Part shown: positions 36,296-48,296 of the stretch, in pieces
How positions within the stretch are numbered: the first letter of the stretch is position 1
Layout: every line of letters starts with the position of its first letter
Source of the DNA: Minisyncoccota bacterium
GTDB taxonomy: Bacteria > Patescibacteriota > Minisyncoccia > Phycocordibacterales > SBAW01
DNA length: 64,000 nucleotides
Direction: 5' to 3'
Assembly (NCBI GenBank): GCA_018060985.1
Contig: JAGOUZ010000002.1
Coordinates: 26,396 to 90,395 of the forward strand
Translations under genes and position numbers: made by a program
Notes under the pieces: model-generated
Databases searched by the model: none
What the model was told of the DNA's origin: nothing
What the model saw: the letters and a program-made list of their open reading frames with translations, nothing else

Positions 36296-37381
36296 TCATG
36301 TGGTGGGAGTGGTTGGTTTACCGCCACCCTTGCGTGCGCGTGCTGTTTGCACTCCGCGTCCGGCATCGCCGGCGTTGCGTAGTGCGCCCATGAGCGCGGG
36401 AGCAAGAGCTTGGATAGCGTCGTCTCCTTGAAGTGAGAAAATCTGCTTGGAAACGCTCTCCTTGTTGAGGATCATGAGCATCTCAAGCGCCCGTTCCTTG
36501 GGCATCTCGAGCTTCGCGGCCAGTCCTTCTGCGTCATTCGCGATTACCTCGCGGATGACAGAGGCGGCGATCGCCTGTTCGTAGTCGTGGTCGAACTTGG
36601 GCGGACCGAGCGTGCTCAGTTCGACCCGAAGCCCGAAGCGCTCCTCCAGACTATTGCCGAGCGAGTCTAGAGCTCCCCTGATGGGGGCGCCGTTAACCTC
36701 CTCGCCGACAAATGATCGCCCAAGCGACTCCTGGAGTTCGTCGACAGTCGCTTTCTCCAGGATCTTGTCGAGTGACTTGGTCAGGATGGCTTCATTGATG
36801 GCGTTTTCCACCACCTCTGCAAAGCCATCCGTGATTGCCTTCTCCTCCGTCCGCACGTAGAGCGGAAGCAGAGGAAGGAATGGGCCGTATTGCACGGTCC
36901 ACTTGAAGGTGACGCCGACGCCTCCTTTCGGAGCCGCCGCAGTTCCGCCTTTGACGACGAAACGTGACTCGTGTTCGAGGCTGATCGCTCGCAGGCTGAT
37001 GTAGTCGTCCTGCCGAAACCCCTCCCAAGGGTATTTGATATGAAGGCCTGGCCCCAATACGTGGAGTGCTCCGCCGAATAAACTGGTGAGCAGCGCCCCG
37101 GTGAGCTTTGGCACATTCGCAACAAATAGTTTGACAGTGCCAAGGACGAGGAATAACCACACCCCGAGCATTGCAAGCTGGAAGTACGGGGTCACGTCCA
37201 GTCGAATCGGCGCCGTCAGAATGAGGGCTCCGATAAAGCTGAGGAAAGGGAAGAGGATGAACAGACAGAAGAGGTAGACCACCACTCTGCCCGGCGTCGT
37301 TCCCGATGTTCCTGTAACCGCCACACCGTAGCTGGCTGATATTTCTCGTATCTCGTCACCAGTCAGTTTACTGATAGCCAT
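36296..37381 (-). CDS. SPFH/band-7 (flotillin/stomatin-like) membrane protein
   Basis: Two N-terminal TM helices, then SPFH-like core (…VTFKWTVQYGP…FGLRVELSTLGPPKFDHDYEQAI…) and a C-terminal coiled-coil/Gly-rich tail. GC-rich relative to flanks. Confidence 0.5.
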   Translation of the reverse strand: MAISKLTGDEIREISASYGVAVTGTSGTTPGRVVVYLFCLFILFPFLSFIGALILTAPIRLDVTPYFQLAMLGVWLFLVLGTVKLFVANVPKLTGALLTSLFGGALHVLGPGLHIKYPWEGFRQDDYISLRAISLEHESRFVVKGGTAAAPKGGVGVTFKWTVQYGPFLPLLPLYVRTEEKAITDGFAEVVENAINEAILTKSLDKILEKATVDELQESLGRSFVGEEVNGAPIRGALDSLGNSLEERFGLRVELSTLGPPKFDHDYEQAIAASVIREVIANDAEGLAAKLEMPKERALEMLMILNKESVSKQIFSLQGDDAIQALAPALMGALRNAGDAGRGVQTARARKGGGKPTTPTT

Positions 37382-37536
37382 GTTGCTTCTCTCAAGGTTC
37401 AGGTATTTCTACGGCTCCAGTTCTGCGGTTGCAGAAAGGCCGTTATTCCACTTACTATTATAGCATACAAAATACCATTTTGTCAAGCAGAATAGCCTTA
37501 TCAAATAAGGCTAAAAACTGCTCTGTGCGTTACATG

Positions 37537-37618
37537 TGCTGGGGAGAGGACTCGAACCTCCAAGCCTTGCGGCACCAGTTCCTAAGACTGGCGCGTATAC
37601 CAATTCCGCCACCCCAGC
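37537..37618 (-). tRNA. tRNA-Leu (anticodon TAG)
   Basis: Reverse complement GCTGGGGTGGCGGAATTGGTA…CCAGT-CTTAGGA-ACTGG plus long variable arm. T-arm GGAGG-TTCGAGT-CCTCT. Confidence 0.8.
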
Positions 37619-37661
37619 AAAAGGCACCCATCCTGCCACATGGCAGATTTTGTGTCCTTTG

Positions 37662-37734
37662 TGCGCCCAGTAGGATTCGAACCTACGACCTTCTCCTTAA
37701 GAGGGAGCAGCTCTACCAACTGAGCTATGGGCGC
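37662..37734 (-). tRNA. tRNA-Lys (anticodon CTT)
   Basis: Reverse complement GCGCCCATAGCTCAGTTGGTAGAGC-T-GCTCC-CTCTTAA-GGAGA…GTAGG-TTCGAAT-CCTAC-TGGGCGC-A. Confidence 0.85.
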
Positions 37735-37871
37735 AAAGTGAGGAAGATAAGAAAGCCGCGCTTTCTTATCGCCCCGAACGTGCGTCCATATCAAGCCAAG
37801 TGCAGATATGGGCGCAATAACAACAAAATACAACAAAAATCGCCCGCCCACAATTACGCAGGGAATTTTTG

Positions 37872-37959
37872 TGCCGGGGGTGGGAATCGAACCCACACGA
37901 GATTTTAAAGCCTCCCAGGATTTTAAGTCCTGTATGTCTACCAATTCCATCACCCCGGC
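37872..37959 (-). tRNA. tRNA-Leu (anticodon TAA)
   Basis: Reverse complement GCCGGGGTGATGGAATTGGTAGACAT-ACAGGA-CTTAAAA-TCCTG plus long variable arm. T-arm GTGGG-TTCGATT-CCCAC. Confidence 0.8.
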
Positions 37960-37965
37960 ATCGGG

Positions 37966-38037
37966 AGGCCATGGCGGGAATCGCACCCGCGTATTCAGGA
38001 TTTGCAGTCCCGTGCCTTACTACTTGGCGACATGGCC
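37966..38037 (-). tRNA. tRNA-Cys (anticodon GCA)
   Basis: Reverse complement GGCCATGTCGCCAAGTAGTAAGGC-A-CGGGA-CTGCAAA-TCCTG…GCGGG-TGCGATT-CCCGC-CATGGCC-T (U73 discriminator, typical of Cys). Confidence 0.8.
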
Positions 38038-38066
38038 GTGCAAATACTGTAACCCACCCTGAGCTA

Positions 38067-38378
38067 TTACGAAAGCTCGTCTAAACGCTGCCTGTTCTTT
38101 TCGCCCTTGTCGATAACAAACTCTACGCGAGGGAATCCGCTTTTAACCCGTTTCTTAAAAAAGTCGCCTAACTCGGTGCGGTTGCGGTTGGCAAAGCTCA
38201 GCGCATGTTCTTCTGCAGAGTCGGGGAGCACGGTGATGTAAATAATCCCGCGCTTATTGTCGTCGCTCAGCTCGGCGCGCGTTACGGTTATCAAAGACTC
38301 CCTCCCAGCTTCGCGCACCAAAAACTCCGCTGCAACCTCGCGCAATGCTTCCTGCATTCTTTCGTGTCGGTTATCCAT
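38067..38378 (-). CDS. rbfA: Ribosome-binding factor A
   Basis: 103 aa. KH-like RbfA pattern (…LITVTRAELSDDNKRGIIYITVL…). Located downstream of infB as usual. Confidence 0.85.
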   Translation of the reverse strand: MDNRHERMQEALREVAAEFLVREAGRESLITVTRAELSDDNKRGIIYITVLPDSAEEHALSFANRNRTELGDFFKKRVKSGFPRVEFVIDKGEKNRQRLDELS

Positions 38379-38384
38379 AAATTG

Positions 38385-39932
38385 TTATTTCATTACGACG
38401 GTAAAAATCTCGAGTTTGTCGTTTGCTGCCGGCTCACAGCTTGTTTTAACCTGCGCGCCAAACTCGGTACCCGCTTCTACCTCTTTTACCGGTTTCTTCT
38501 GAGACTGCAATGAAGTAATTTCGCCACGGCCCACTTCAAAGTCGCGGCGCATAATTTTTACTTCGGCACCCTGGGCAAGGGTACCTTCTTCAACGCGGCC
38601 GCCCAAGACCACCTTGCCTTTCTCGGTGCCAAATATCTTAAGTACGCGTGCCGAACCAATCTTTTCTTCAAAGCTTGCGCGAGGGCGGCGCTTTTCGGTC
38701 TCTATCTGTAGCCACTCCGCGAGTTTGTAAATAATATCAAATACGGCAATCTCTACGCCCTGGCGCTCTGCGAGGTCGCGTGCGGTCGACTCTACTTTTA
38801 CGTTAAAGCCAACCACGAGGCCCGGTGTCTTGCCGCCAATAGCAAAGCGCACATCGCTTTCAGTAATAGGTCCTACGCCGCGTGTCACCACGCGCACTTC
38901 TATTTGCTCGCTTTTAGGGAGTTTGTCGAGCTCGTGCATGACCGCATCGCCGGTGCCAGAAACATCGGTCTTAATAACCAAAGGCAGTATGACATGTTCT
39001 TTCTCTTCTACCGCTACTTCGCCCTCTTCAACCTTTGGTTTTTGTACAGGAGTATTTTTAGGTCGGGCTGCCATAGCTTCTGCGCGAGCATCGGCGGCAT
39101 CAGCTTCCGCCTCTTTTTTACTCTCAACGGTTTTAAAACGCATGCCCACGGTAGGGAGGACAGAGAATCCGACAATCTGCACAGGGCTTCCTGGCTTTGC
39201 TTCTTTAATCGGTTTGCCCAAAAAGTTTTCCATAATACGGACTGGAGCAAATGCCTCGCCAGATACCACGTATTCGCCCGAGAGTACGGTGCCATTTTCC
39301 ACAACGAGCGTTGCAGTGTTGCCGCGCTTGTTGTCTATGTGCGCTTCAATGATGACACCCTCGCCGGCAAGCGACAGGTCGGCAGAAAGGCCTTCAAGCT
39401 CTGCAGCAAGCAAAATAAGGTCCATGAGTTCGGGGATGCCTTCGCCGCTTTTACCCGAGACGGCTACCCACGGCACCTCACCGCCAAGGCCTTCCAAGTA
39501 AATGCTGTGTTCGAGCATAGTAGACTTCGCCTTCTCCAAATTCGCAGTGGGCTTGTCAATTTTTGTAAACGCAACGATGTAAGGGATTTTAACGCCCTCA
39601 ATAAGCTTGAGTGCCTCGACGGTTTGCGGCTTAACGCCGTCTTCTGAAGAGACAACCAAAATAGCAACATCGGCAACTTCAAGTCCGCGCGAGCGCATCG
39701 CTTTAAATGCCTCATGGCCAGGCGTGTCCAAAAACGTTATGGTGTGTTCTCCCGATGCGTTTTTGTGAACTGCCTCGTAGGCGGAAAGGTGCTGTGTAAT
39801 ACCACCCGCTTCACCGGCAACCACGTTGGCTTTGCGGATATAGTCGAGCAGGGTAGATTTGCCGTGGTCAATGTGTCCCACGATTGCAACAACAGGAGGG
39901 CGTGTGCCCTCTATGGCTGGAGAGGCGTTCAT
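38385..39932 (-). CDS. infB: Translation initiation factor IF-2 (short, lacks long N-terminal domains)
   Basis: G-domain [25 protein letters not shown]-terminal beta-barrel domains. 515 aa. Confidence 0.9.
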   Translation of the reverse strand: MNASPAIEGTRPPVVAIVGHIDHGKSTLLDYIRKANVVAGEAGGITQHLSAYEAVHKNASGEHTITFLDTPGHEAFKAMRSRGLEVADVAILVVSSEDGVKPQTVEALKLIEGVKIPYIVAFTKIDKPTANLEKAKSTMLEHSIYLEGLGGEVPWVAVSGKSGEGIPELMDLILLAAELEGLSADLSLAGEGVIIEAHIDNKRGNTATLVVENGTVLSGEYVVSGEAFAPVRIMENFLGKPIKEAKPGSPVQIVGFSVLPTVGMRFKTVESKKEAEADAADARAEAMAARPKNTPVQKPKVEEGEVAVEEKEHVILPLVIKTDVSGTGDAVMHELDKLPKSEQIEVRVVTRGVGPITESDVRFAIGGKTPGLVVGFNVKVESTARDLAERQGVEIAVFDIIYKLAEWLQIETEKRRPRASFEEKIGSARVLKIFGTEKGKVVLGGRVEEGTLAQGAEVKIMRRDFEVGRGEITSLQSQKKPVKEVEAGTEFGAQVKTSCEPAANDKLEIFTVVMK

Positions 39933-39992
39933 ATAGATATATAGAGTGGACGAAGGGGCGTGTAAGGGAGTATATACTTAAACTGCTTTTTT

Positions 39993-41204
39993 ATGAAGTT
40001 TTGGAAACTGGGAAAACGGAAGCGCATATACGCAGATGCAGCGGCAGCAACACCGCTTTCTTTGGGCGTGCAAAAAGAAATGTCGCGTTTACAGGCGCTC
40101 TATGGCAACCCAGGCGGGCTGCATAAAGACGCGGTAGCAGCAAAAAAAGAATTGGAGCGCGCACGTGCACGTGTGGCAAAAGCTATAGGTGCACATCCGG
40201 ACGAAATATTTTTTACCTCAGGCGGAACAGAGTCTAACAATCTTGCGATATTGGGTGCGCTGCGCCCGCTTTTGCGCGAGCAGGGCGAGTTAAGCGCGGT
40301 TACTACCTCAATAGAACATTTGTCGGTACTCGAGCCGCTCCGCATTCTTGAACATGATGGTTTGTATACGACTGAGCTAAAAGTAAGTGAGAGTGGAGAG
40401 GTGTCTACTAAAGACCTGCGCGAAACTATAAACGACGAGACGGTACTAGTGTCGGTGCAGATGATTAACAGTGAGATAGGCACCATTCAAAACATTCGCG
40501 AGATCGCGAAAGAAATTCGGCATGTAAGAAAACTTCGCAAAGAAGCTCCGCTCTACTTCCACTCAGACGCATCGCAGGCGCCGCTGTGGCTGCCGCTCAA
40601 TGTAGAGAAGCTTGGAGTCGACCTGCTTACGCTCGACGCTCAAAAGATGATGGGGCCAAAAGGTGCCAGTGTACTCTATATAAAGAGAGATATCGATGTT
40701 GAGCCGATACTCTGGGGCGGCGGGCAGGAGCGCGGGCTTCGCAGTGGAACAGAAAACGTGGTGATGGCAGGAGCGCTCGCGCAGGCGCTCGAAGAAGCGC
40801 AGGCTGGTGTTGATGCACGAGTGGCTCATGTAACTGCGCTTCGCGATAATCTAATTACAGAAATTCAAAAGCGTATTCCAAACGCAGAGCTTAATGGTGT
40901 AGCGGGGGATAGCCGCGTAGCTAACAATATAAATATTTCTATATCTGGCCTTGATGCACAGATGGCAGTCATAGCCCTCGATGCCGAGGGGGTGGCGGCC
41001 TCGACGCGCTCGGCGTGCAGCGGTGCCGACGAGGAACCCTCGTACGTTATTAAGGCTCTTGGTAAGTCAGATATTGCAGCAAAGTCTTCTATACGTATAA
41101 CCCTGCTCCCTGACGCATCTTCTACTGATATCCGCCGCATAACTGAGGCTCTGGTTGCAATAACGACACGCTATAGCCAAAAGTCAAATAATGTTGTAAA
41201 GTAG
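39993..41204 (+). CDS. Cysteine desulfurase / class V aminotransferase (NifS/IscS-like)
   Basis: PLP-lysine region HSDASQAPLWLPLNVEKLGVDLLTLDAQKMMGPKGASVLY. C-terminal active-site SACSGADEEPSYV. Confidence 0.85.
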   Translation: MKFWKLGKRKRIYADAAAATPLSLGVQKEMSRLQALYGNPGGLHKDAVAAKKELERARARVAKAIGAHPDEIFFTSGGTESNNLAILGALRPLLREQGELSAVTTSIEHLSVLEPLRILEHDGLYTTELKVSESGEVSTKDLRETINDETVLVSVQMINSEIGTIQNIREIAKEIRHVRKLRKEAPLYFHSDASQAPLWLPLNVEKLGVDLLTLDAQKMMGPKGASVLYIKRDIDVEPILWGGGQERGLRSGTENVVMAGALAQALEEAQAGVDARVAHVTALRDNLITEIQKRIPNAELNGVAGDSRVANNINISISGLDAQMAVIALDAEGVAASTRSACSGADEEPSYVIKALGKSDIAAKSSIRITLLPDASSTDIRRITEALVAITTRYSQKSNNVVK

Positions 41205-41292
41205 CAAATGGACATTCGGGCGGGGTTATATCGTCTGGAAGTTCTATTCAACCCAAGCCTAGCCTAGCTAGAAGAGAAGGAGACGTGTTCAC

Positions 41293-43131
41293 ATGTGTGG
41301 CATCGTAGCCATTATTGCCCCTAAGGGGGATATCGCTCCCGTGCTGCTCGACTGCATCAAGCGGCTCGAGTACCGCGGGTATGACAGTGCCGGCGTGTCC
41401 GTCGCCAACGGCGGCGACCTGCAGGTTCTGAAGGCGGTTGGCCCTGTGGCCAATCTCAAGAACCGGTTCGACACCTCGCCGGTTCATGGCAACCGCGGCA
41501 TCATCCACACCAGGTGGGCGACCCACGGTGAAGTGACCGAAGAGAACGCGCATCCGCACGTCTCGAACGACGGCACTATTTCCGTCGTGCACAACGGCAT
41601 CATCGAGAACCACGACATGCTTCGCCGTCGCCTGATGAGTGCGGGGTACGTGTTCCACTCGCAGACCGACACAGAGGTCATCCCGAACCTCATCGAGCTG
41701 AAGCTCCTCGAAGGGGCCAACTGCCTCGAAGACGCGGTTGCCAGTGCTGTCGAAGATCTCGACGGCGCCTACGCAATCGCGGTCGTCTCGTCGATGCATC
41801 CGGAAATCGTGATCGCAAGGCAGAGCAGCGACCTGTTTCTCGGCCTCAACGGCGGCACGCACTACGTCGCGTCCGACGACCTCGCGTTCGCCGGCTATGC
41901 TTCGCACACCGTCCCGATCAAGGACGGCGACATCCTGACCCTCAAGAACGACGGAACCTACCACTTCCGCGAACACGATGCAGCGCGCAAGCGCGACATC
42001 GAAGTGTTCGACGCCGATTCTACCAGCGTCGACAAGGGCACGTACGACTCCTTCATGCGGAAGGAGATCTACGACCAGCCGAACGCGCTCAAGCTCGCCA
42101 CTGCCGGCCGGATCACTCTGGACGGCGAGGTGGTGTTGGGCGGCATCCGCAACGCGGAGGAACGTCTCGCTTGCTCGCGCATGATCGAGTTCGTCGCGTG
42201 CGGCACGTCGCTCTACGCCTCGACGATCGGAGCGCAGATGATCGAAGGTCTTGCGCGGATACCTGCACGGGCCAGCCACGCCTCGGAGTTTCAGTATCGC
42301 GATCCGATTCTGAACTTCCACGACGCGGTCATCGCCGTTTCGCAGTCGGGCTCTACGGCCGACACGCTGAACGCCGCGCGCCTTGCCATGAAGGAAGGCG
42401 CGCTGACGCTCGGCATCAACAACCGGGTCGGGTCATCGCTTTCTCGCGAGACCGGCGCTGGTATCTACCTCCATGCGGGGTCGGAGATCGGCGTCGCATC
42501 CACCAAGGCTTTCACCGCGCAAGTTGCGGTGATGGCACTTCTTGCAGCTCGGCTTGCTACTCTTGCCGGCCAGGGCCATCAGCCTCGCGTTGCGCGGCTG
42601 GTGCGTGGACTCCGCGAACTTCCGGACAAAGTTGCTCTCGCACTCACGTGCGAACAGCAGGTCAAGGAGATCGCGCAGATCTACAAAGACGCGAAGAGCG
42701 TCTTCTGTCTCGGTCGGGGCTTTGCGGTGCCGCTCGCATACGAGGGCGCCCTGAAGCTGAAGGAGATCGGCCAGCTCAATGCAGAGGGGTATCCCGGCGG
42801 CGAGCTCAAGCACGGCCCACTGGCGCTCATCGAGCGGGGCGTGCCCGTCATCGCGGTGATCTGCAAGGGTGACGGACTCGAGGGGAAGATGATCTCCAAC
42901 CTCGAGGAAGTTCGCGCACGTGGCGGCGATGTTATCGTCATCACGAGTGGAATGGTCGCGCTTCCGGATGGTCTTGCAAAGCACGTCATCGTGCTTCCGC
43001 AGGTCCCGCCGGAACTGATCTCGGTCATCGGCGCGATCCCGTACCAGCTTCTCGCGTACCATGTGGGAGTGGCACAAGGGTTCGACGTCGACAAGCCGCG
43101 GAATCTCGCCAAGTCGGTGACGGTCGAGTAA
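41293..43131 (+). CDS. glmS: Glutamine--fructose-6-phosphate aminotransferase (isomerising)
   Basis: N-terminal MCGIVAII (Ntn Cys), two SIS domains, C-terminal …PLAYHVGVAQGFDVDKPRNLAKSVTVE. Strongly GC/GC3-enriched relative to neighbours. SD GAAGGAGA upstream. Confidence 0.95.
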   Translation: MCGIVAIIAPKGDIAPVLLDCIKRLEYRGYDSAGVSVANGGDLQVLKAVGPVANLKNRFDTSPVHGNRGIIHTRWATHGEVTEENAHPHVSNDGTISVVHNGIIENHDMLRRRLMSAGYVFHSQTDTEVIPNLIELKLLEGANCLEDAVASAVEDLDGAYAIAVVSSMHPEIVIARQSSDLFLGLNGGTHYVASDDLAFAGYASHTVPIKDGDILTLKNDGTYHFREHDAARKRDIEVFDADSTSVDKGTYDSFMRKEIYDQPNALKLATAGRITLDGEVVLGGIRNAEERLACSRMIEFVACGTSLYASTIGAQMIEGLARIPARASHASEFQYRDPILNFHDAVIAVSQSGSTADTLNAARLAMKEGALTLGINNRVGSSLSRETGAGIYLHAGSEIGVASTKAFTAQVAVMALLAARLATLAGQGHQPRVARLVRGLRELPDKVALALTCEQQVKEIAQIYKDAKSVFCLGRGFAVPLAYEGALKLKEIGQLNAEGYPGGELKHGPLALIERGVPVIAVICKGDGLEGKMISNLEEVRARGGDVIVITSGMVALPDGLAKHVIVLPQVPPELISVIGAIPYQLLAYHVGVAQGFDVDKPRNLAKSVTVE

Positions 43132-43157
43132 CACCGTCAAAAAATAGTGAATCAAAC

Positions 43158-43194
43158 TGCCCATCGCGCAAATGCGATGGGTTTTTCTTTTATT
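43158..43194 (+). terminator. Intrinsic terminator downstream of glmS
   Basis: CCCATCGCGC-aaat-GCGATGGG followed by TTTTTCTTTTATTTT. Confidence 0.65.
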
Positions 43195-43227
43195 TTGTGG
43201 TATAGTTCTTGTAACAGTCTTACTGGG

Positions 43228-44016
43228 ATGGATTTAGAAAAACTAACAAAACATCAAATCCTGTTATTGACGCTATTGGTGTCGTTTGTTACCTCCATCG
43301 CTACAGGGATTGTGACCGTCTCGCTCATGGACCAGGCGCCAGAAGGCGTCACTAAAATAATTAATCAGGTGGTTGAGCGTACGGTTGAAACCGTTGTTCC
43401 TTCTACACAAGGCGCTGCCGTAGCTACAGAAAAAACAGTTGTAGTTAAGCAGGACGAGCTGGTACCGCAATCTATCGCCACCGTACAAAAGAGTATTGTG
43501 CGCATTGTGGCTCGTGGTAGCGACCAGTTAATAGCGCGCGGCATCATAATCGACAGCAAAGGCACCACTATTACCGACGGCCCTGCGCTCGCTGCAGGAC
43601 AGGTGAATCAGTTTGAGGCTATTTTACCTTCTGGGGCTCGTGTACCGGCCAAGCCTCGCGGCGACCTCAAGTCAGAGATCGTTCAGGTAGACCTTACACT
43701 CGGGACTTCAACAGGGTTTGTGCCAGCCAAATTTGCAGACAGCGCCAAACTCACGCTTGGACAAACAGTGCTCCGCATTGGCGGCATCGGTTCCGACTCG
43801 GTGGGTGAGGGTGTCGTTGCGGCATTGCCTACCGATACTACTAAAGATGTCATCTATGCCAGCGTTTCCTCCGCAACACCGGGTTCAGTGCTCATCACGA
43901 TCTTCGGAGAAGTTATAGGTATGAATACGAGCACCCACGCCACAGATCAGAGTGCTTACAAGATCATATCTCTCCCTGCAGCTCCCACGGTAACAAATAC
44001 CACCCCCAATACGTAA
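43228..44016 (+). CDS. Membrane-anchored trypsin-like (S1C/HtrA-like) protease homolog, probably catalytically inactive
   Basis: N-terminal TM, then chymotrypsin-fold-like beta-rich domain. The position equivalent to GNSGGPL reads [19 protein letters not shown] (Ser absent). Start moved to Met MDLEKLT because the longer ORF overlaps the glmS terminator. Confidence 0.4.
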   Translation: MDLEKLTKHQILLLTLLVSFVTSIATGIVTVSLMDQAPEGVTKIINQVVERTVETVVPSTQGAAVATEKTVVVKQDELVPQSIATVQKSIVRIVARGSDQLIARGIIIDSKGTTITDGPALAAGQVNQFEAILPSGARVPAKPRGDLKSEIVQVDLTLGTSTGFVPAKFADSAKLTLGQTVLRIGGIGSDSVGEGVVAALPTDTTKDVIYASVSSATPGSVLITIFGEVIGMNTSTHATDQSAYKIISLPAAPTVTNTTPNT

Positions 44017-44048
44017 TAAGCAGTATACAAGTAGTAAGCAAAACGATT

Positions 44049-46757
<2,709 letters not shown>

Positions 46758-46883
46758 ATAAGCTTGTGGAATAAGCCTGAGAAGGCTTTATCCCCAGGGT
46801 AGTCCTTGTGGGTCTACAGGATATGCAATACTTACTAGGTATAAGATAACCATCAATCTCATGTTGGGTGGAGGACACTAAAA

Positions 46884-46906
46884 AAGCCCCTTAGGGGGCT
46901 TTTGTC
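46884..46906 (+). terminator. Intrinsic terminator downstream of clpB
   Basis: AAAAAAGCCCC-ttag-GGGGCTTTTGTCG. Confidence 0.6.
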
Positions 46907-46914
46907 GTTATAAT

Positions 46915-48102
46915 GTGGGCATGGAATGTATAGACTGCGGAGCAAATCCGACCAACCATTACCACGCTTGGTTTTTTGGGAGTATAGACGCGGCCTTTAA
47001 CAGACTCCGTTTGCCCCAGCCTGTCTTTACCGTATATGAAGCGGCAACCATTCCGGTGCAACGAGTACTGACCAAGGGCTTTAAACTGATCGCGCCGCAA
47101 CTTATGCGGATGCGCGTTCTTTCATACAACGATGATATTGCATGGGCTGGTTCGGCACGCTCGCGGGTTGTATGGGAAGAAGCGAAAAGGCGCGGCGTGG
47201 CACTTAAACAGTTGGTGGTGTTTGGCACGTATACCGACCTCTTTGAGTTCGATAAAGATGGCGCCACCTATATCTATTTCAGTGTGCCTATACCGCCGAA
47301 GCTCCAGATCAAAGAAGTGTGGCCTGATGATAAGTCGCTTGTTAAAGAGCATTTTAAAAAAGCAGGCATTCCAGTGCCGCGGTCTTACAGCGTTTCAACC
47401 TTTGCAGAGGCCAAGAAGATACTACAAGAGCTTTCTCGCGTGTGTGTTAAGCCGCGTATCGGTTCTAATGGTCGCCATACCGGTACTCATATTACGACTG
47501 AGGCTGAACTGCGGACTGCATTTATGTCTGCCAAGAAACTTTGCCATTGGGTAATTGTCGAAGAGTATTTGGAAGGGAACTTGGGCAGAGCGACCTGTGT
47601 TAATGGCAAACTAGTAGGCTTTTTGGAGTCGCAGTCGCCAATAGTAGAGGGTGACGGGCATTCGTCCATACAAAAACTTGTTGAGGCAGCAAATGCTTCC
47701 CGGCCACAAGGCGTAGATGAGATTGAACTAAGCTCTCTTCACGAGATGCATATTAAGCGGCGCGGTTATACCCTGGAAAGTGTGCTCGAAAAGGGGAAGA
47801 AGCTGTCACTGATTTATTGGGCGGGGTATTCTTCTGGTGGCAGAAATTGGGAACGTGGTGTGGATATACATCCTGAACTTAAAAAAGAGATTGAGCGCGC
47901 TGCACAGGTAACAAAGCTGCCCTTGGTTGGGTTCGATTTGATCTTAGAGGATCCAATGAAGGGGCCCGATGAGCAAAAATGGGGAATTATCGAAGCCAAC
48001 TCTCTGCCCTGGATAGATCTCCATCAAGCAGCTCTGTATGGACCTAAAATCAACGTAGCAAGCTATGTGTGGGACTTGTGGGACGAATCAAATAAAAGCT
48101 GA
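46915..48102 (+). CDS. ATP-grasp domain protein (cyanophycin-synthetase/RimK-like fold), function unknown
   Basis: ATP-grasp features: …FAEAKKILQELSRVCVKPRIGSNGRHTGTHI…, …GFDLILEDP…WGIIEANSLPWIDLH. The listed start is GTG; the true start is uncertain. Confidence 0.55.
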   Translation: MGMECIDCGANPTNHYHAWFFGSIDAAFNRLRLPQPVFTVYEAATIPVQRVLTKGFKLIAPQLMRMRVLSYNDDIAWAGSARSRVVWEEAKRRGVALKQLVVFGTYTDLFEFDKDGATYIYFSVPIPPKLQIKEVWPDDKSLVKEHFKKAGIPVPRSYSVSTFAEAKKILQELSRVCVKPRIGSNGRHTGTHITTEAELRTAFMSAKKLCHWVIVEEYLEGNLGRATCVNGKLVGFLESQSPIVEGDGHSSIQKLVEAANASRPQGVDEIELSSLHEMHIKRRGYTLESVLEKGKKLSLIYWAGYSSGGRNWERGVDIHPELKKEIERAAQVTKLPLVGFDLILEDPMKGPDEQKWGIIEANSLPWIDLHQAALYGPKINVASYVWDLWDESNKS

Positions 48103-48182
48103 CAATTAAGAAGAAAAAGTGTAAAGTAGGGGGGTTCAGTAGCGTGTAGTGTTTTTGTTCGAGTTTGGCAGAGTTCCTTCAT

Positions 48183-48266
48183 GCGTCGGTGGCGGAGTGG
48201 TCAATCGCACTTGGCTGTAAACCAAGCGCCCTTGCGGCTACGTAGGTTCGAATCCTACCCGGCGCA
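48183..48266 (+). tRNA. tRNA-Tyr (anticodon GTA)
   Basis: GCGTCGGTGGCGGAGTGGTCAATCGC-A-CTTGG-CTGTAAA-CCAAG plus long variable arm. GTAGG-TTCGAAT-CCTAC-CCGGCGC-A. Confidence 0.85.
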
Positions 48267-48296
48267 CCTGTTATTTTAGGTGCTACCATATAAGGC

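Noticed and set aside
41248-43164. Long minus-strand ORFs (357 aa and 243 aa) antisense to glmS
   Set aside because: They overlap the well-supported glmS CDS completely. Their products are Arg/Val/Asp-rich low-complexity, as expected from stop-codon depletion in GC-rich DNA. No SD.
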